A stretch of 64,000 nucleotides of DNA from an uncultured delta proteobacterium (GTDB taxonomy: Bacteria > Desulfobacterota > WTBG01 > CAIYCZ01), in the NCBI GenBank assembly GCA_963803975.1, contig CAWDOY010000005.1, positions 11,143 to 75,142 on the forward strand, written 5' to 3'. A program made the translations under genes and the position numbers. Under the pieces are notes generated by a model, which saw nothing but the letters and a program-made list of their open reading frames with translations, made no database searches and had not been told where the DNA came from. Positions within the stretch are counted from its first letter, which is position 1. The number at the start of each line of letters is the position of its first letter. Below, one piece after another: positions 9,812 through 20,344 of this stretch.

Positions 9812-10404
9812 CCTTTGGACGCAGCTGGCCGCAGATTTACAGGATTATCTTTTGTCTCTCATCTGTGTTCTGTTAATATCTTTTCACCTTCCACTCCCTG
9901 CACCTCCATTCCGCATTCCAAAATCAGTAATCCGCATTTGTAACACTCTGCACTCAACCTTTTTTCCCCTGTCCCGAATAAGGTTGAGGTGTCGAACCTA
10001 ATGTTTGTATTGACACATCTAACCAACCTGCCTATTTTTTAAATGGAAAATGGGGATTTATTTTTTATGTTGCCCTTCTATGGAATTGAAGGCTCATTAT
10101 AGCAACACTTTTTGAGTATTATGCCCGCAATGACAGTTTTTTTGGCTTTTTACGCGACCATCAATCTTACAGTATTAAAAATAATACCACTCTCATTTTA
10201 GTCGCGTCGGAAATTATCTCCTAAAGCTATTTATCTGTCTGAATTTACATGCTTTTATTTTTTATTAAATTCTTCAATACAGGAATAATCTTTGGTATAT
10301 TTTTCGCAATCTAAATTGATGTGCTTATATCAACACTTTTTATAAAACAATAATATCTTATTGTTTAAATGGTCATTGTTAGTGACCCATACAGTTATTA
10401 ACCG

Positions 10405-10495
10405 AAAAAGGCAAACTATCTGAAAAGGTAGGACGCAAAGCCACTGGCCTAAGTCCGTTTCTAAAGGATATGGCAGCAGGGTTGCCGGGCGAATA
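10405..10495 (+). promoter_or_regulatory. c-di-GMP-I (GEMM-I) riboswitch aptamer
   Basis: GGCAAACUAUCUGAAAAGGUAGGACGCAAAGCCACUGGCCUAAGUCC...GGCAGCAGGGUUGCC reproduces the GEMM-I hallmarks. These are the GGCAAAC...GGUUGCC P1 pairing, a hairpin capped by a GAAA-containing loop, the invariant GGACGCAAAGCC..GGCCUAA core, and a second hairpin. It lies about 50 nt upstream of the next gene. Confidence 0.8.
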
Positions 10496-10548
10496 CAGTA
10501 CCTCTCAGGAATGTGTTTCGCACGGAAACACTCTTGGAGGGTACTGTG
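10496..10548 (+). promoter_or_regulatory. expression platform: helix sequestering the Shine-Dalgarno sequence and GTG start
   Basis: CAGTACCTCTC (10496-10506) can pair with GGAGGGTACTG (10536-10546), which contains the GGAGG SD and the first base of GTG 10546. An inner perfect hairpin is GTGTTTC(10513-10519)/GAAACAC(10525-10531). Confidence 0.6.
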
Positions 10549-11940
10549 AAAACATCATCAGACATACAAGCTAATACTGCGACATCCTTATCTGCACGCA
10601 TATCCTGCAGCATCCCCCTTTTTTTGGTAATCCCATTATTTCTTATTATTTGCGTTACTCACGCGTATGCTGATCAGGTAACCTTAGGCTGGGATCAAAA
10701 TACAGAACCAGACCTTGCGGGCTATAAAATCTACTATGGTACTTCGTCAGGAAATTATACTGAAAGCGTTAATATAACATCCGGGAATATTACTACTTGT
10801 ACTATTTCTGATTTAATAGAAGGACAGACATATTATTTTGCTGCAACTGCGTATAACAGCAGCCTGGTGGAAAGCAATTATTCTGCAGAAGTTTATTATA
10901 CCATTGACACTGCAACTACCACCTCGACCGTGATTGAGACGACTACCACGACCACGGTGAAACCGACAACGTCTACCACTATCTCGGCAGGTGGTGGTGG
11001 TGGAGGTGGTGGTGGCTCAACCCCATTAAACACTATGCCCGTCGCTGAGGCTGGAAATGATCAGGAGGCAAATGAAGGAGATCTGATTAGCCTTTATGGT
11101 TCAGAAAGTTATGACAATGATGGCGATTCTCTTACCTATCAATGGACACAGATTTCAGGACCAACAGTCTCCTTGTCTGGTTCCACTGCTGCACAACCTG
11201 AATTCTATGCTCCCAGTGTAGGTACATTTACTTTCACCCTGGTTGTCAACGATGGTGAATTGGATAGCACTGCTGATACTGTTAAAGTGATAGTTCATCC
11301 GCTAAATCACAGACCGATTGCTCAGGCAGGAAATGACCTCAATGTTCAAATAGGTGACAAGGTTTTATTAGATGGTATAGCAAGTTATGATCCTGATGGA
11401 AATCAACTTGCCTATAATTGGATTCAGGTATCCGGCCCTGCAGTTAGTCTCACCAACGCAAATTCTCCAACACCATACTTCATGTCTTCTGTAGAGGGTA
11501 TCTATCAATTTGATCTAACCGTATTTGATGGAAAACTGTGGAGTCTTACTGATTCAGTAGTTATGACGGTAAAAACCCCTGTTATTAATCTTATTAGTCC
11601 AGCAAACGGGGCAAAGATTGCCGGTTCTGTGCGTTTAGACTGGGAGGGTAAGGGGTTTGTAACCTTCAGGGTACTCGTATCGAAAGATGGTAAGGTTTTT
11701 AAAAGCTTAGGTGAAACAACTGAACAATACTATACAATATCAGATTTAACGACGCTCATGTTAAGTACACGCAAAGCTAAATCGGTTCCTATTTACTGGA
11801 AAATTCAAGGCAAGAAAGCTATGGGGGACAACTACGGGGTGGCAAGTGAAATAAGAAAATTTTATACCGCACCAAATCTTAAAGTTTATCAAAATGCTTT
11901 AAGAGAGTTGCTAGCAAGAATTCAAGAAAAGAAAAGTTAA
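10513..11940 (+). CDS. secreted surface/adhesin-like protein: FN3 domain, Thr-rich linker, Gly9 run, three PKD/Ig-like repeats, C-terminal Ig-like domain
   Basis: The track ORF starts at GTG 10513. GTG 10546, preceded by GGAGG, is the more likely start (MKTSS...). It has a hydrophobic signal segment (IPLFLVIPLFLIICVTHAYA) and an FN3-like segment (VTLGWDQNTEPDLAGYKIYYGTSSGNY...YYFAATAYN). Three ~90-aa repeats have the form A(E/Q)AGND...YDxDGDxLxYxWxQxSGP. Confidence 0.75.
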   Translation: MFRTETLLEGTVKTSSDIQANTATSLSARISCSIPLFLVIPLFLIICVTHAYADQVTLGWDQNTEPDLAGYKIYYGTSSGNYTESVNITSGNITTCTISDLIEGQTYYFAATAYNSSLVESNYSAEVYYTIDTATTTSTVIETTTTTTVKPTTSTTISAGGGGGGGGGSTPLNTMPVAEAGNDQEANEGDLISLYGSESYDNDGDSLTYQWTQISGPTVSLSGSTAAQPEFYAPSVGTFTFTLVVNDGELDSTADTVKVIVHPLNHRPIAQAGNDLNVQIGDKVLLDGIASYDPDGNQLAYNWIQVSGPAVSLTNANSPTPYFMSSVEGIYQFDLTVFDGKLWSLTDSVVMTVKTPVINLISPANGAKIAGSVRLDWEGKGFVTFRVLVSKDGKVFKSLGETTEQYYTISDLTTLMLSTRKAKSVPIYWKIQGKKAMGDNYGVASEIRKFYTAPNLKVYQNALRELLARIQEKKS

Positions 11941-12088
11941 ATTGGAGGGAACAGAATTATCTACACGTCCAGAGTTTCTTCTGATCATTCCGAATTCCGC
12001 AACCTGAGCCTGTGCTGGTGCCCCCTATACATCTTTATCTATACCAGCAAAACAAGTGAATCCGTAGTGGATGGTGAGCGTAGAGAGT

Positions 12089-13399
12089 TTACGGGATGAA
12101 TAAGAACTTTTTGGGCAGGTCTTTTTCTCTGAGCGGTCCCAGGAAGGTATAATTGACGAACTTTTGATTGAACATCATGCGCGCCAGCTCCTGCACGGCG
12201 TCGCTGGTCACCGCGTCAATTTCTGCTACCACATCTTCAATCGGTATATAGCTGTTATAGTAGATTTCGCTTTTTGCCAGCCGGCTCATGCGGTTATCCG
12301 TGCTTTCGGTGGAGAGCAGCAAATTCCCCTTGAGCTGCTCCTTGGAACTGCTCAGTTCCTCTGCGCTGATTTTTTCATCCTTTAATTTTTCAATTTCGCG
12401 CAGAACAATGGCAATCGCCTGCTGGGCCAGCTCTTTTTTCACCCCCATATAAATGCCGAAAACGCCGGTGTCAACATATGCTGAGGCAAAGGAATATACT
12501 GAATAGGCCAGCCCCTGCTGCTCCCGTATCTCCTGAAACAGCCGTGAGCTCATGCTCCCCCCGAACAAGGCATTGAGGACATAGAGCGCATAGCGCTGCG
12601 GATCAAGCTGGGACAGCCCGACAGTGCCCATACAGACGTGCACCTGTTCCAGCTTGCGGTAGTGGAAAAGAACGCGCTGCTGCGGCGCAAAAGAGTCGCC
12701 CGCGAGCTGGTCCTGCGCCAGCGCGAGGCCGGCAAAAGACCCGCTCAGCTCCTGTAACAGCTGTTCATGCGTAAGATCCCCGGCGGCAGCAATGATGATC
12801 CGCTGGGGCTGCAGATACTCGCTGGTAAAAAAGCTGACCAGGCTGTTTCTGTCCATATCCTGAATGGTCGCCGCTTCTCCCTGAATAGGGTAGCCGAGCG
12901 GATGGTCAAAGAAATATGATTCATTAAAGAGATCCTGGATGTAGTCATCCGGAGTATCTTTAATCATGTGGATCTCCTGCATGATCACACTTCGTTCCTT
13001 CTCTATGTCATCGGGGGCAAAAAGAGAATTGAGAAAAATATCGGTGAGCAGTTCAACCGCAAGGGAGAGGTGCTGTTTTAATATTTTCACATAAAAGCAG
13101 GTGTATTCCTTCCCCGTGAACGCATTGATAATGCCGCCGACGGAATCAATGCGCCGGGCTATCTCAACCGCCTTATGCCGCGGGGTACCTTTGAAAAGCA
13201 TGTGTTCTATGAAATGGCAAATCCCCTGCTGTTCACTGGTTTCAAAGCGTGACCCGGTTTTGACCCAGATGCCGATGCAAACCGAGTGAACATGGGCAAT
13301 CTGTTCCGTTACTACTTTGATACCGTTAGGAAGAAGCGTTGTGTGAACCATGTGCATGACAGTACAAAGCTCCCTGCCCGGGGGCGAGGGAGCCTGCAT
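12089..13399 (-). CDS. M16-family zinc metallopeptidase (pitrilysin/PqqL-like)
   Basis: ORF with the HxxEH zinc motif (CHFIEHMLFKGT) and M16 N- and C-domains. The true start is probably an internal ATG near 13357 or 13351 (MHMVHTTLLPNGI...). Confidence 0.85.
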   Translation of the reverse strand: MQAPSPPGRELCTVMHMVHTTLLPNGIKVVTEQIAHVHSVCIGIWVKTGSRFETSEQQGICHFIEHMLFKGTPRHKAVEIARRIDSVGGIINAFTGKEYTCFYVKILKQHLSLAVELLTDIFLNSLFAPDDIEKERSVIMQEIHMIKDTPDDYIQDLFNESYFFDHPLGYPIQGEAATIQDMDRNSLVSFFTSEYLQPQRIIIAAAGDLTHEQLLQELSGSFAGLALAQDQLAGDSFAPQQRVLFHYRKLEQVHVCMGTVGLSQLDPQRYALYVLNALFGGSMSSRLFQEIREQQGLAYSVYSFASAYVDTGVFGIYMGVKKELAQQAIAIVLREIEKLKDEKISAEELSSSKEQLKGNLLLSTESTDNRMSRLAKSEIYYNSYIPIEDVVAEIDAVTSDAVQELARMMFNQKFVNYTFLGPLREKDLPKKFLFIP

Positions 13400-13464
13400 A
13401 AAGAGTTATCGAAAAATTATCCGGAGGCAGGGCCCGCACTGAATGCGGACCGCTCAGCCGGCGT

Positions 13465-15564
13465 CTACTTATTGACGGGGGTTTGATTGCCCTTCATTGC
13501 CTCTTTCCGGCTCAGCTTGATCTTGCCCTGCTGGTCAATGTCCAGTACCTTCACCAGCACCTCATCACCCTCATTGAGAACATCCCGCACATTCTTTACA
13601 TGGGTATCATCAAGCTGGGAAATATGCACGAGGCCATCCACGCCGGGGAGAATTTCGACAAATGCCCCGAAATCCATTATCTTTCTAACTTTACCCAGGT
13701 AAACCTGGTTTATTTCTGCCTCCTGAACCAGCTCCTTAATCATTGCCATCGCTTTTTCCAGCGATGCGCTGTCAGCTGAGGCGATGTTTACTTTCCCGTC
13801 GTCCTCAACATCAATTTTTGCTCCGGTCTGGGCAATAATATTGCGGATGTTCTTCCCCCCCGGTCCGATAACATCTCTCACCTTGTCCGGCCTCACCTGC
13901 ATGGTAACAATCTTTGGCGCGCGGGCAGACAGAGCTGGACGCGGCTCTTTCAGGGTTTGCTGCATGATCTCCAGAATAAACAGGCGGCCTTCCCGGGCCT
14001 GATTCAATGCCGAGGAGAGGATATCCCTGGTAAGCCCGGTGATTTTTATATCCATCTGAATTGCCGTGATTCCCTGATCGGGTTCCCGCGACTTTAAAAT
14101 CCATATCGCCGATATGGTCCTCGTCGCCCAGAATATCGGAAAGAATAATAAAATCATTTCCCTCCTTGATGAGCCCCATGGCTATGCCCGCAACCGGCAT
14201 GGTGATAGGCACACCGGCATCCATTAATGAAAGAGCGCTGCCGCATACCGTGGCCATAGAGGATGAGCCATTGGATTCCAGTATTTCAGAAACAATGCGA
14301 ATGGTATAGGGGAAGTCTTCAGCGCGCGGCAATACCTTGGCAATGGCCCGCTCTGCCAGTGCGCCATGCCCGATGTCCCGACGCGACGGTGAGCGCAGAG
14401 GGCGCGCTTCACCAACCGAGAAGGGCGGAAAGTTATAATGCAGCATAAAGGATTTTTTCATCTCACCGATCAGGGCATCGATGCGCTGCTCATCTGCTGA
14501 AGTGCCCAGTGTCGTTGACACCAGGGCCTGCGTTTCACCGCGGGTGAAAAGCGCGGAGCCGTGCGTCCGGGGAAGAACGTCAACGTCGCAGCTTATCGAT
14601 CTGATATCAGTAAAGGAACGCCCGTCAATGCGTTTCTTGTCCCGGGTTATCTGTTCCCGGATAATGCGTTTCTCGATGCTGTCAAGAATACTGCGTATCT
14701 GGCCCTTCTTTTCCTCATGCTCCGGCAGCAGGCTCTCAATGGTTTCAGCAACAACATCATGCAGCGTGTTGTTGCGCTCCTGCTTGGCGGCAATGGCGAG
14801 CGCGGCGCGCATCCTGTCCGCGGCACGCTGTTCGACCTGTGCCGCCAGGTCGGAATCGATACTCTCTTCGGGCACCACGATCTTGGTCTTGCCGACCCGC
14901 TTCCGGAGTTCCTTTTGGAGCGCTATGACCTCCTGCATGCTGCGGTGACCGAACATGATCGCCTCCAGCACCTCATCTTCCGGCAGGATATTTGCGCCTC
15001 CTTCAACCATCACCACCGCTTCTTCGCTGCCGGCGACAATGATCTCCAGGTCGCTGTCTTTCATGCTCTCAAACGACGGGTTGATGGTCAGCTGCCCGTT
15101 AATGCGCCCCACCCGCGTGCCGGCAATCGGGCCGTAAAAGGGGATATCGGAAATCTCCAGCGCCGCTGAAGCGCCGATAATGGCCAGGATGTCAGGATTA
15201 TTTTCGCTGTCAGCGGAAAGCACGGTGGCGATAATCTGCACATCGTTGAAATAATTTTTCGGGAACAGCGGCCGCAGCGGCCGGTCGATAAAGCGTGAGG
15301 TGAGGACCTCTTTTTCGCTCGGCCGCCCCTCCCGCTTGAAAAAACCACCCGGTATTTTCCCTGCTGCATAGGTCATTTCCTGGTAATCAACGGTCAGGGG
15401 AAAAAATCTCTTCCCTCCCGCGGTGTTCTTGACGTAACTGCGGAAACCAGCACCACACTTTCGCCATAGGTCACCAGCACGGCACCATTAGCCTGTTTTG
15501 CCAGGCGGCCAGTCTCTAAAGTGAGCGTTCGTCCTCCCCATGTAATAGTAACTCGTTCAGTCAT
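13465..15564 (-). pseudogene. pnp: polyribonucleotide nucleotidyltransferase (PNPase), frame broken twice (most likely assembly indels)
   Basis: Three colinear pieces. The N-terminus from ATG 15564 ([31 protein letters not shown]...REGRDFFP) stops at the G4A6 run 15397-15406. The middle piece is track ORF 13811..15376 (...DMDFKVAGT). The KH+S1 C-terminus is ORF 13465..14157 ([14 protein letters not shown]...). The second shift is at about 14075-14090. Confidence 0.9.
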
Positions 15565-15670
15565 ATCTATCTACCTCTATGCAAAATTTCTGCTGTAAAG
15601 CTATGGATCGGTGAAGTCCTCAGCCATAGCGCAATGACACGATACTCCCGCTGGTGCGGGAAGCAGGCGC
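15565..15670 (-). promoter_or_regulatory. rpsO-pnp intergenic leader with two hairpins (rpsO terminator/attenuator and pnp leader stem)
   Basis: The minus-strand transcript contains TCCCGC-acca-GCGGGA and GCTATGG-(17 nt)-CCATAGC stems between the rpsO stop and the pnp ATG. The function is inferred by analogy with the E. coli rpsO-pnp leader. Confidence 0.35.
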
Positions 15671-15940
15671 CTATTTTCTCAGACGTAACCCTTCAATAAC
15701 CTGTCTGTAGCGGTCGGTATCTTTGCGTTTAAGATAATCCAGGAGCTTGCGCCGCTGGTTTACCATCTTCAGGAGCCCCCGGCGGGAATGGTGGTCCTTC
15801 TTGTGCATCTTGAAATGCTCCGTCAGATAATTAATCCGCTCTGTGAGCAGTGCAATCTGCACAGCCGGAGACCCGCTGTCCTTTTCATGAAGTTTAAATT
15901 TACCGATCAGTTCCTGTTTCTTTTCTGCCTGTAAAACCAT
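15671..15940 (-). CDS. rpsO: 30S ribosomal protein S15
   Basis: 89-aa ORF (...[38 protein letters not shown]...) typical of S15. Confidence 0.95.
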   Translation of the reverse strand: MVLQAEKKQELIGKFKLHEKDSGSPAVQIALLTERINYLTEHFKMHKKDHHSRRGLLKMVNQRRKLLDYLKRKDTDRYRQVIEGLRLRK

Positions 15941-15998
15941 AAAATCCCCTTACTCTTGGTTGTTTCATTGTTACTCAATGTGCTTGTGCGTTATGCCG

Positions 15999-16934
15999 TT
16001 AGTTCATAAAAGTACGAAGGGTCTTCCATACCGGTAGCTGCAGCGCATCAGCGTCAGCAGTGTCACGGTCAATGGAGCATTCAACAACAGCAATCAGCCT
16101 GCCATCAGCGGACACGATTTTTGCCGTTTGTCCTGCAGTGAGGTGCGGAAGCGCACTTTCCTCGATATCCCGCATCCGCATCTGCAGGCCCTGTCTGATT
16201 TTTGTTATGAGGGGCTGCGCCACCACCATTTCCGGCATCCCGGTTAACGCCTCGTTCAACGGGATGATATGTTTGTTCAGGCAGTCGTTGCCGGCGTCCG
16301 CCCGTACGTCTTCTAACTCCAGGGCTTCGTTAATATGAAAAGCCCCGTTCCGCACCCGCTGGAGCGCTACCATGTGAGCGCCGCAGGACAGGCGCTTACC
16401 GATATCGTCACACAGCGTCCGGATATAGGTTCCGTGGGAGCAGCGAACCGCAAAGGTGATAAAGGGCACGGCACAGGTGAGCACCTCAATGCTGAAAATA
16501 GTAATCTCCCGGGGTTGTCGCGGTACCGAGCCGCCCTTTCGTGCTATGCGGTACAGCGGGGTGCCCTTGTATTTGAGCGCCGAAAACATCGGGGGAGTCT
16601 GCAGCACGGGGCCCTGAAACTCGCTGAAAACATCCCGGATCTGTTCCTGGTCGTGGGGAATCATCTCTGTCTGCCGTACTATGGTTCCCTCCTGGTCCTG
16701 GGTATCTGTTTCAATGCCCAGCCGGAGCGTTGCAATATACTCCTTCTCGCAGTGCAGGAAAAAAGGCGCCAGCTTTGTCCCCTCATTAATACACAGAGGC
16801 AGCACGCCGGTTGCCATCGGGTCTAAGGTCCCGATATGCCCGACCTTGCGCGCACCCAGTATGCGTTTTACCCTGAGCACAACTCCGCTGGAGGTTACTC
16901 CCGCGGGCTTATTGATAACAATAACGCCATCCAT
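15999..16934 (-). CDS. truB: tRNA pseudouridine(55) synthase
   Basis: 311-aa ORF (MDGVIVINKPAGVTSSGVV...GHIGTLDPMATGVLPLCI...) containing the catalytic Asp motif GTLDP. Confidence 0.93.
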   Translation of the reverse strand: MDGVIVINKPAGVTSSGVVLRVKRILGARKVGHIGTLDPMATGVLPLCINEGTKLAPFFLHCEKEYIATLRLGIETDTQDQEGTIVRQTEMIPHDQEQIRDVFSEFQGPVLQTPPMFSALKYKGTPLYRIARKGGSVPRQPREITIFSIEVLTCAVPFITFAVRCSHGTYIRTLCDDIGKRLSCGAHMVALQRVRNGAFHINEALELEDVRADAGNDCLNKHIIPLNEALTGMPEMVVAQPLITKIRQGLQMRMRDIEESALPHLTAGQTAKIVSADGRLIAVVECSIDRDTADADALQLPVWKTLRTFMN

Positions 16935-16936
16935 GG

Positions 16937-17368
16937 CTATTCAGTGTGTTCGGTGTGCTCTTGCTTTTCTTCCAGTTCCCGAAAAATCTGATCCATATGC
17001 GCTGCCTGTATTAATGAATCGTCAAACAGAAACGAAAGGTGCGGCACATAGCGAAGATGCACTCGCTCAGCCAGCTGCCGCTGCACAAAACCAGCCGCGC
17101 GCTCCAGACCGGTGATCGTGTCTGTCAGCTCCTGCCCCGTTTTCATGGTACTGAAAAAAACTTTGGCCTGCTTGAGGTCACCGGTAACCGCCGCATGGGT
17201 AATGGTGACCATGGCGACGCGCGGATCCTTTACCTCACGAAGAAGAATCTCGGAAACTTCCCGTTTAATCAGATCTGCAAGACGATCAAGCCGTGAGTGG
17301 GTGCTCTTCATACAACCCTGGGACTCCTGGAAAAGCTCCCTGCCGGTCCGGCGGACATGGCACTGCAT
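16937..17368 (-). CDS. rbfA: ribosome-binding factor A
   Basis: RbfA core (RLADLIKREVSEILLREVKDPRV.MVTITHAAVTGDLKQAKVFFS). The start is probably the internal ATG (MKSTHSRL...) near 17311. Confidence 0.9.
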   Translation of the reverse strand: MQCHVRRTGRELFQESQGCMKSTHSRLDRLADLIKREVSEILLREVKDPRVAMVTITHAAVTGDLKQAKVFFSTMKTGQELTDTITGLERAAGFVQRQLAERVHLRYVPHLSFLFDDSLIQAAHMDQIFRELEEKQEHTEHTE

Positions 17369-17378
17369 GAATCAGCAG

Positions 17379-17666
17379 CTACAGGGTAATAATTTCAATA
17401 TGGGAAACATTTACTTCCGCTAAACACAGGTTTTCAATAAAATTTATTACTTTATCTATTGTCGCATGAACGACCTGCTGTTCATTGCTCACCATGCAAA
17501 ATCCGATCAGAGAGCTTTGCCACAGATCATGGTCACCAACTTCTGCTATGGATACCGGGAACCGGTTGCGCACCCGCTCCAGTATGCTTTTAAGAACACG
17601 CCGCTTTTCCTTCAGGGAAAGTGTGTCCTGAATAATCAGTTTAATCTGACAGATGCCAACGACCAT
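17379..17666 (-). CDS. DUF503 (YlxP-like) protein
   Basis: 95-aa ORF in the conserved infB-DUF503-rbfA position (MVVGICQIKLIIQDTLSLKEKRRVLKSILERVRNRF). Confidence 0.8.
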   Translation of the reverse strand: MVVGICQIKLIIQDTLSLKEKRRVLKSILERVRNRFPVSIAEVGDHDLWQSSLIGFCMVSNEQQVVHATIDKVINFIENLCLAEVNVSHIEIITL

Positions 17667-17667
17667 G

Positions 17668-20283
17668 TTACCGAAGTTTGGTGGCCACTTCCTCTAACGT
17701 GATGCACTCAATGCTATCTCCCGGCTGTATATCTTTCGGATCGCCGAAAGATATACCGCATTCCTGGCTGGTAAGGGCTTCCCGTGCTTCCTCTTTAAAC
17801 CGTTTGAGCGATGTAATATTCGCTTCGTAGATTACTTTCTGGTTCCGGACCAGCCGCCCGAGTGATCCTTTGATAATTTTCCCCTCGGTCACGATACAGC
17901 CGGCGATGGTGCCCACTTTCGATACGGTAAATACCTGCCGTACTTCCGCCTTGCCGTTCAGCCGTTCAACAATGGTCGGCTCCAGCATGCCGGCCATGGC
18001 CTTTTCCACATCGGTAATAACCTCATAAATAATATTGTATAAGCGGATGGCAACTGCAGTCTGTTCTGCTTCTTCCACAACTTTTGGTTCGGTCTTGACA
18101 TTGAATCCGATGATGATGGCGTTTGAGGCAGAGGCCAGCATCACATCGGAAAGGCTGATAGAGCCTACTGAAGCGTGAATGATAGCAACCTTTACCGCTT
18201 CGGTATTTAAATCGGTGAGCGCTTTGCGCAGTGCTTCCCCAGAGCCCTGCACGTCTGCCTTAATGATGATATTCAGCTCTTTGACGGCGCCTTCCTTCAG
18301 GCTGCTGTAAAAGCTTTCCAGGGATATCCGGGCATCCTTCTGCAGGGTTTCTTCGCGCTGTTTCTGCTGCCAGTAGAGGCTGGCCTGCCGCGCTTTCTTT
18401 TCTTCATCAACCACCAGAAAAATATCGCCGGCATTGGGCACCCCGGAAAACCCCAGCACTTCAACCGGCGTGGCGGGGCCTGCCTCCTGCATGGGGCGGC
18501 CTTTGTCATCAATCAGGGCGCGGACCTTGCCGAAATTAAACTTCGACACAAACGAGTCCCCCATATGCAGGGTCCCCTCCTGAACTAAGACAGTGGCAAT
18601 CGGTCCGCGGCCTCTATCTACTTTTGCCTCGATAATAACCCCTTTTGCCGCTTTACGGGGGTTTGCCTTGAGTTCCATAATTTCTGCCTGCAGCAGTATT
18701 AATTCAAGCAGCTTTTCAATACCGATCTTTTTTTTAGCAGAGATCTCCGCGTATATCGTATCTCCGCCCCACTCTTCCGGCACCAGCCCGTATTCGGAAA
18801 GAGCCTGTTTAACCCGCTCGGGGTTGGCTTCTGGTTTGTCGATTTTATTAATTGCCACCAGTATCGGAACCTGTGCTGCCTTGGCATGATTGATGGCCTC
18901 AATGGTCTGGGGCTTGGCCCCTTCCTCGGCGGCAACTACCAGCACCACAATGTCGGTCGCCTGTGCGCCCCGGGCCCTCATTGAGGTAAACGCCTCATGG
19001 CCCGGCGTATCGATAAAGACCACATCGCCGCCCGTGGTCGAAACTTTATAGGCACCGATGTGCTGCGTAATGCCGCCTTTTTCAGCGTCAGCGACATTGC
19101 TTTCCCTGATGGCATCAAGGAGTGAGGTTTTACCGTGATCCACATGACCCATGACGGTCACAATGGGGCAGCGGAACTGGCGATCTTCCGTTTTATCTTC
19201 CCGGGTGTCAAAAATTTTCTCTTCTTCGTTGGTCACCTGTTCAATCTCATAGCCAAACTCCTGGGCAACCAGCATAGCCGTATCCACATCAATGGGCTGG
19301 TTTATGGTGGTCATTAATCCGAGTCCGACTGCTTTCTTCATGACCCCGGCTACTTTTATGCCCATTCTCCTGGCAAGTTCTCCGACGCTGATGCTTTCCT
19401 GTATCCGTATCTTTCTCTTGATTGCCTTTGGAACAGTGATCTCCGGCTTGCGGGCCTCAACCACCGCCAAGCGCTTTTTCTGGAAAGAAGACGCCGGCAC
19501 CACCTGCAGCTTTTTTCTCTTAACCCCGATTACTTCACGCACCTTGCGGGGCAGATGTTCAGCCCCCGGCAGAGGCAGACCCTCAAGTTCAGTATCATCA
19601 TAGAGCGTTTCTTTAGAACGCCTGGTTTTCCATTTTTTAGGTTTCCCTGCAGCCGCTCCTCCCTCTGTTTCCTCTGCGGGGGGGAGGGGCTTTATCAACT
19701 GCTTATCCTTAGATTTTTCTTCTTCGACGGGCAGCGGTGGGGGGGCTTGCTTTTTCTCTTCTACTACAACCGCCGGCTTGGGTTCCACTCGTTGAACGAT
19801 GCGGGCAGGTACTTCCTTTTTCAGCTTTTTAGATTTTTTAACGGCTGGCGCAGAAGGCGTTGATTTCTGTTCAGCAGGAATTTTTTTTACCGGAGTGACC
19901 TGATCCTGTTGTGCCTCCTCAAGCGGCGGGGCTGGCGCAGTTTGCTCGCCCGTGGCAACCGGTGCCGCTTCAACCCCCTGACCATCTTCAGGCATCTCCG
20001 GTCCTGCGACAGGCTTTTGTTTGACCGGCGGCGCGGGAAGCTGCTCCTGCGGAGCAGGCTCAATCACTTCAACTTTTTTCCTTCTGCGGATTACGGTTGG
20101 CATCACCCGCTGCTCAACAATGCTCTCTTTGAAAATTTTTACCAGGCGTTCTTTGATTTTCTCCACCTGATCATCATTCAAGGCGCACATGTGGTTCTTC
20201 GCCTCAATGCCCATGTCTTTGAGCTTGAGCATGAATTCTTTATTATCCAACCGCAGTTCTTTGGCTAACTCGTGAACCCTCAT
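17668..20283 (-). CDS. infB: translation initiation factor IF-2
   Basis: 871-aa ORF with a Pro/Ala/Lys-rich N-terminal region and a G domain ([28 protein letters not shown]). Confidence 0.96.
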   Translation of the reverse strand: MRVHELAKELRLDNKEFMLKLKDMGIEAKNHMCALNDDQVEKIKERLVKIFKESIVEQRVMPTVIRRRKKVEVIEPAPQEQLPAPPVKQKPVAGPEMPEDGQGVEAAPVATGEQTAPAPPLEEAQQDQVTPVKKIPAEQKSTPSAPAVKKSKKLKKEVPARIVQRVEPKPAVVVEEKKQAPPPLPVEEEKSKDKQLIKPLPPAEETEGGAAAGKPKKWKTRRSKETLYDDTELEGLPLPGAEHLPRKVREVIGVKRKKLQVVPASSFQKKRLAVVEARKPEITVPKAIKRKIRIQESISVGELARRMGIKVAGVMKKAVGLGLMTTINQPIDVDTAMLVAQEFGYEIEQVTNEEEKIFDTREDKTEDRQFRCPIVTVMGHVDHGKTSLLDAIRESNVADAEKGGITQHIGAYKVSTTGGDVVFIDTPGHEAFTSMRARGAQATDIVVLVVAAEEGAKPQTIEAINHAKAAQVPILVAINKIDKPEANPERVKQALSEYGLVPEEWGGDTIYAEISAKKKIGIEKLLELILLQAEIMELKANPRKAAKGVIIEAKVDRGRGPIATVLVQEGTLHMGDSFVSKFNFGKVRALIDDKGRPMQEAGPATPVEVLGFSGVPNAGDIFLVVDEEKKARQASLYWQQKQREETLQKDARISLESFYSSLKEGAVKELNIIIKADVQGSGEALRKALTDLNTEAVKVAIIHASVGSISLSDVMLASASNAIIIGFNVKTEPKVVEEAEQTAVAIRLYNIIYEVITDVEKAMAGMLEPTIVERLNGKAEVRQVFTVSKVGTIAGCIVTEGKIIKGSLGRLVRNQKVIYEANITSLKRFKEEAREALTSQECGISFGDPKDIQPGDSIECITLEEVATKLR

Positions 20284-20344
20284 AGGCCTTTAGGAATAAT
20301 TATGCTTATACGTTGTGTAGCAGGCCTTCCTGCTTGAAACCCGG

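Noticed and set aside
10990-11016. (GGT)n-like tract GGTGGTGGTGGTGGAGGTGGTGGTGGC, considered as a slipped-strand phase-variation switch or a micro-array of repeats.
   Set aside because: It is an in-frame trinucleotide repeat encoding Gly9 in a linker. Length changes would not shift the frame. It has no spacer/repeat organisation.
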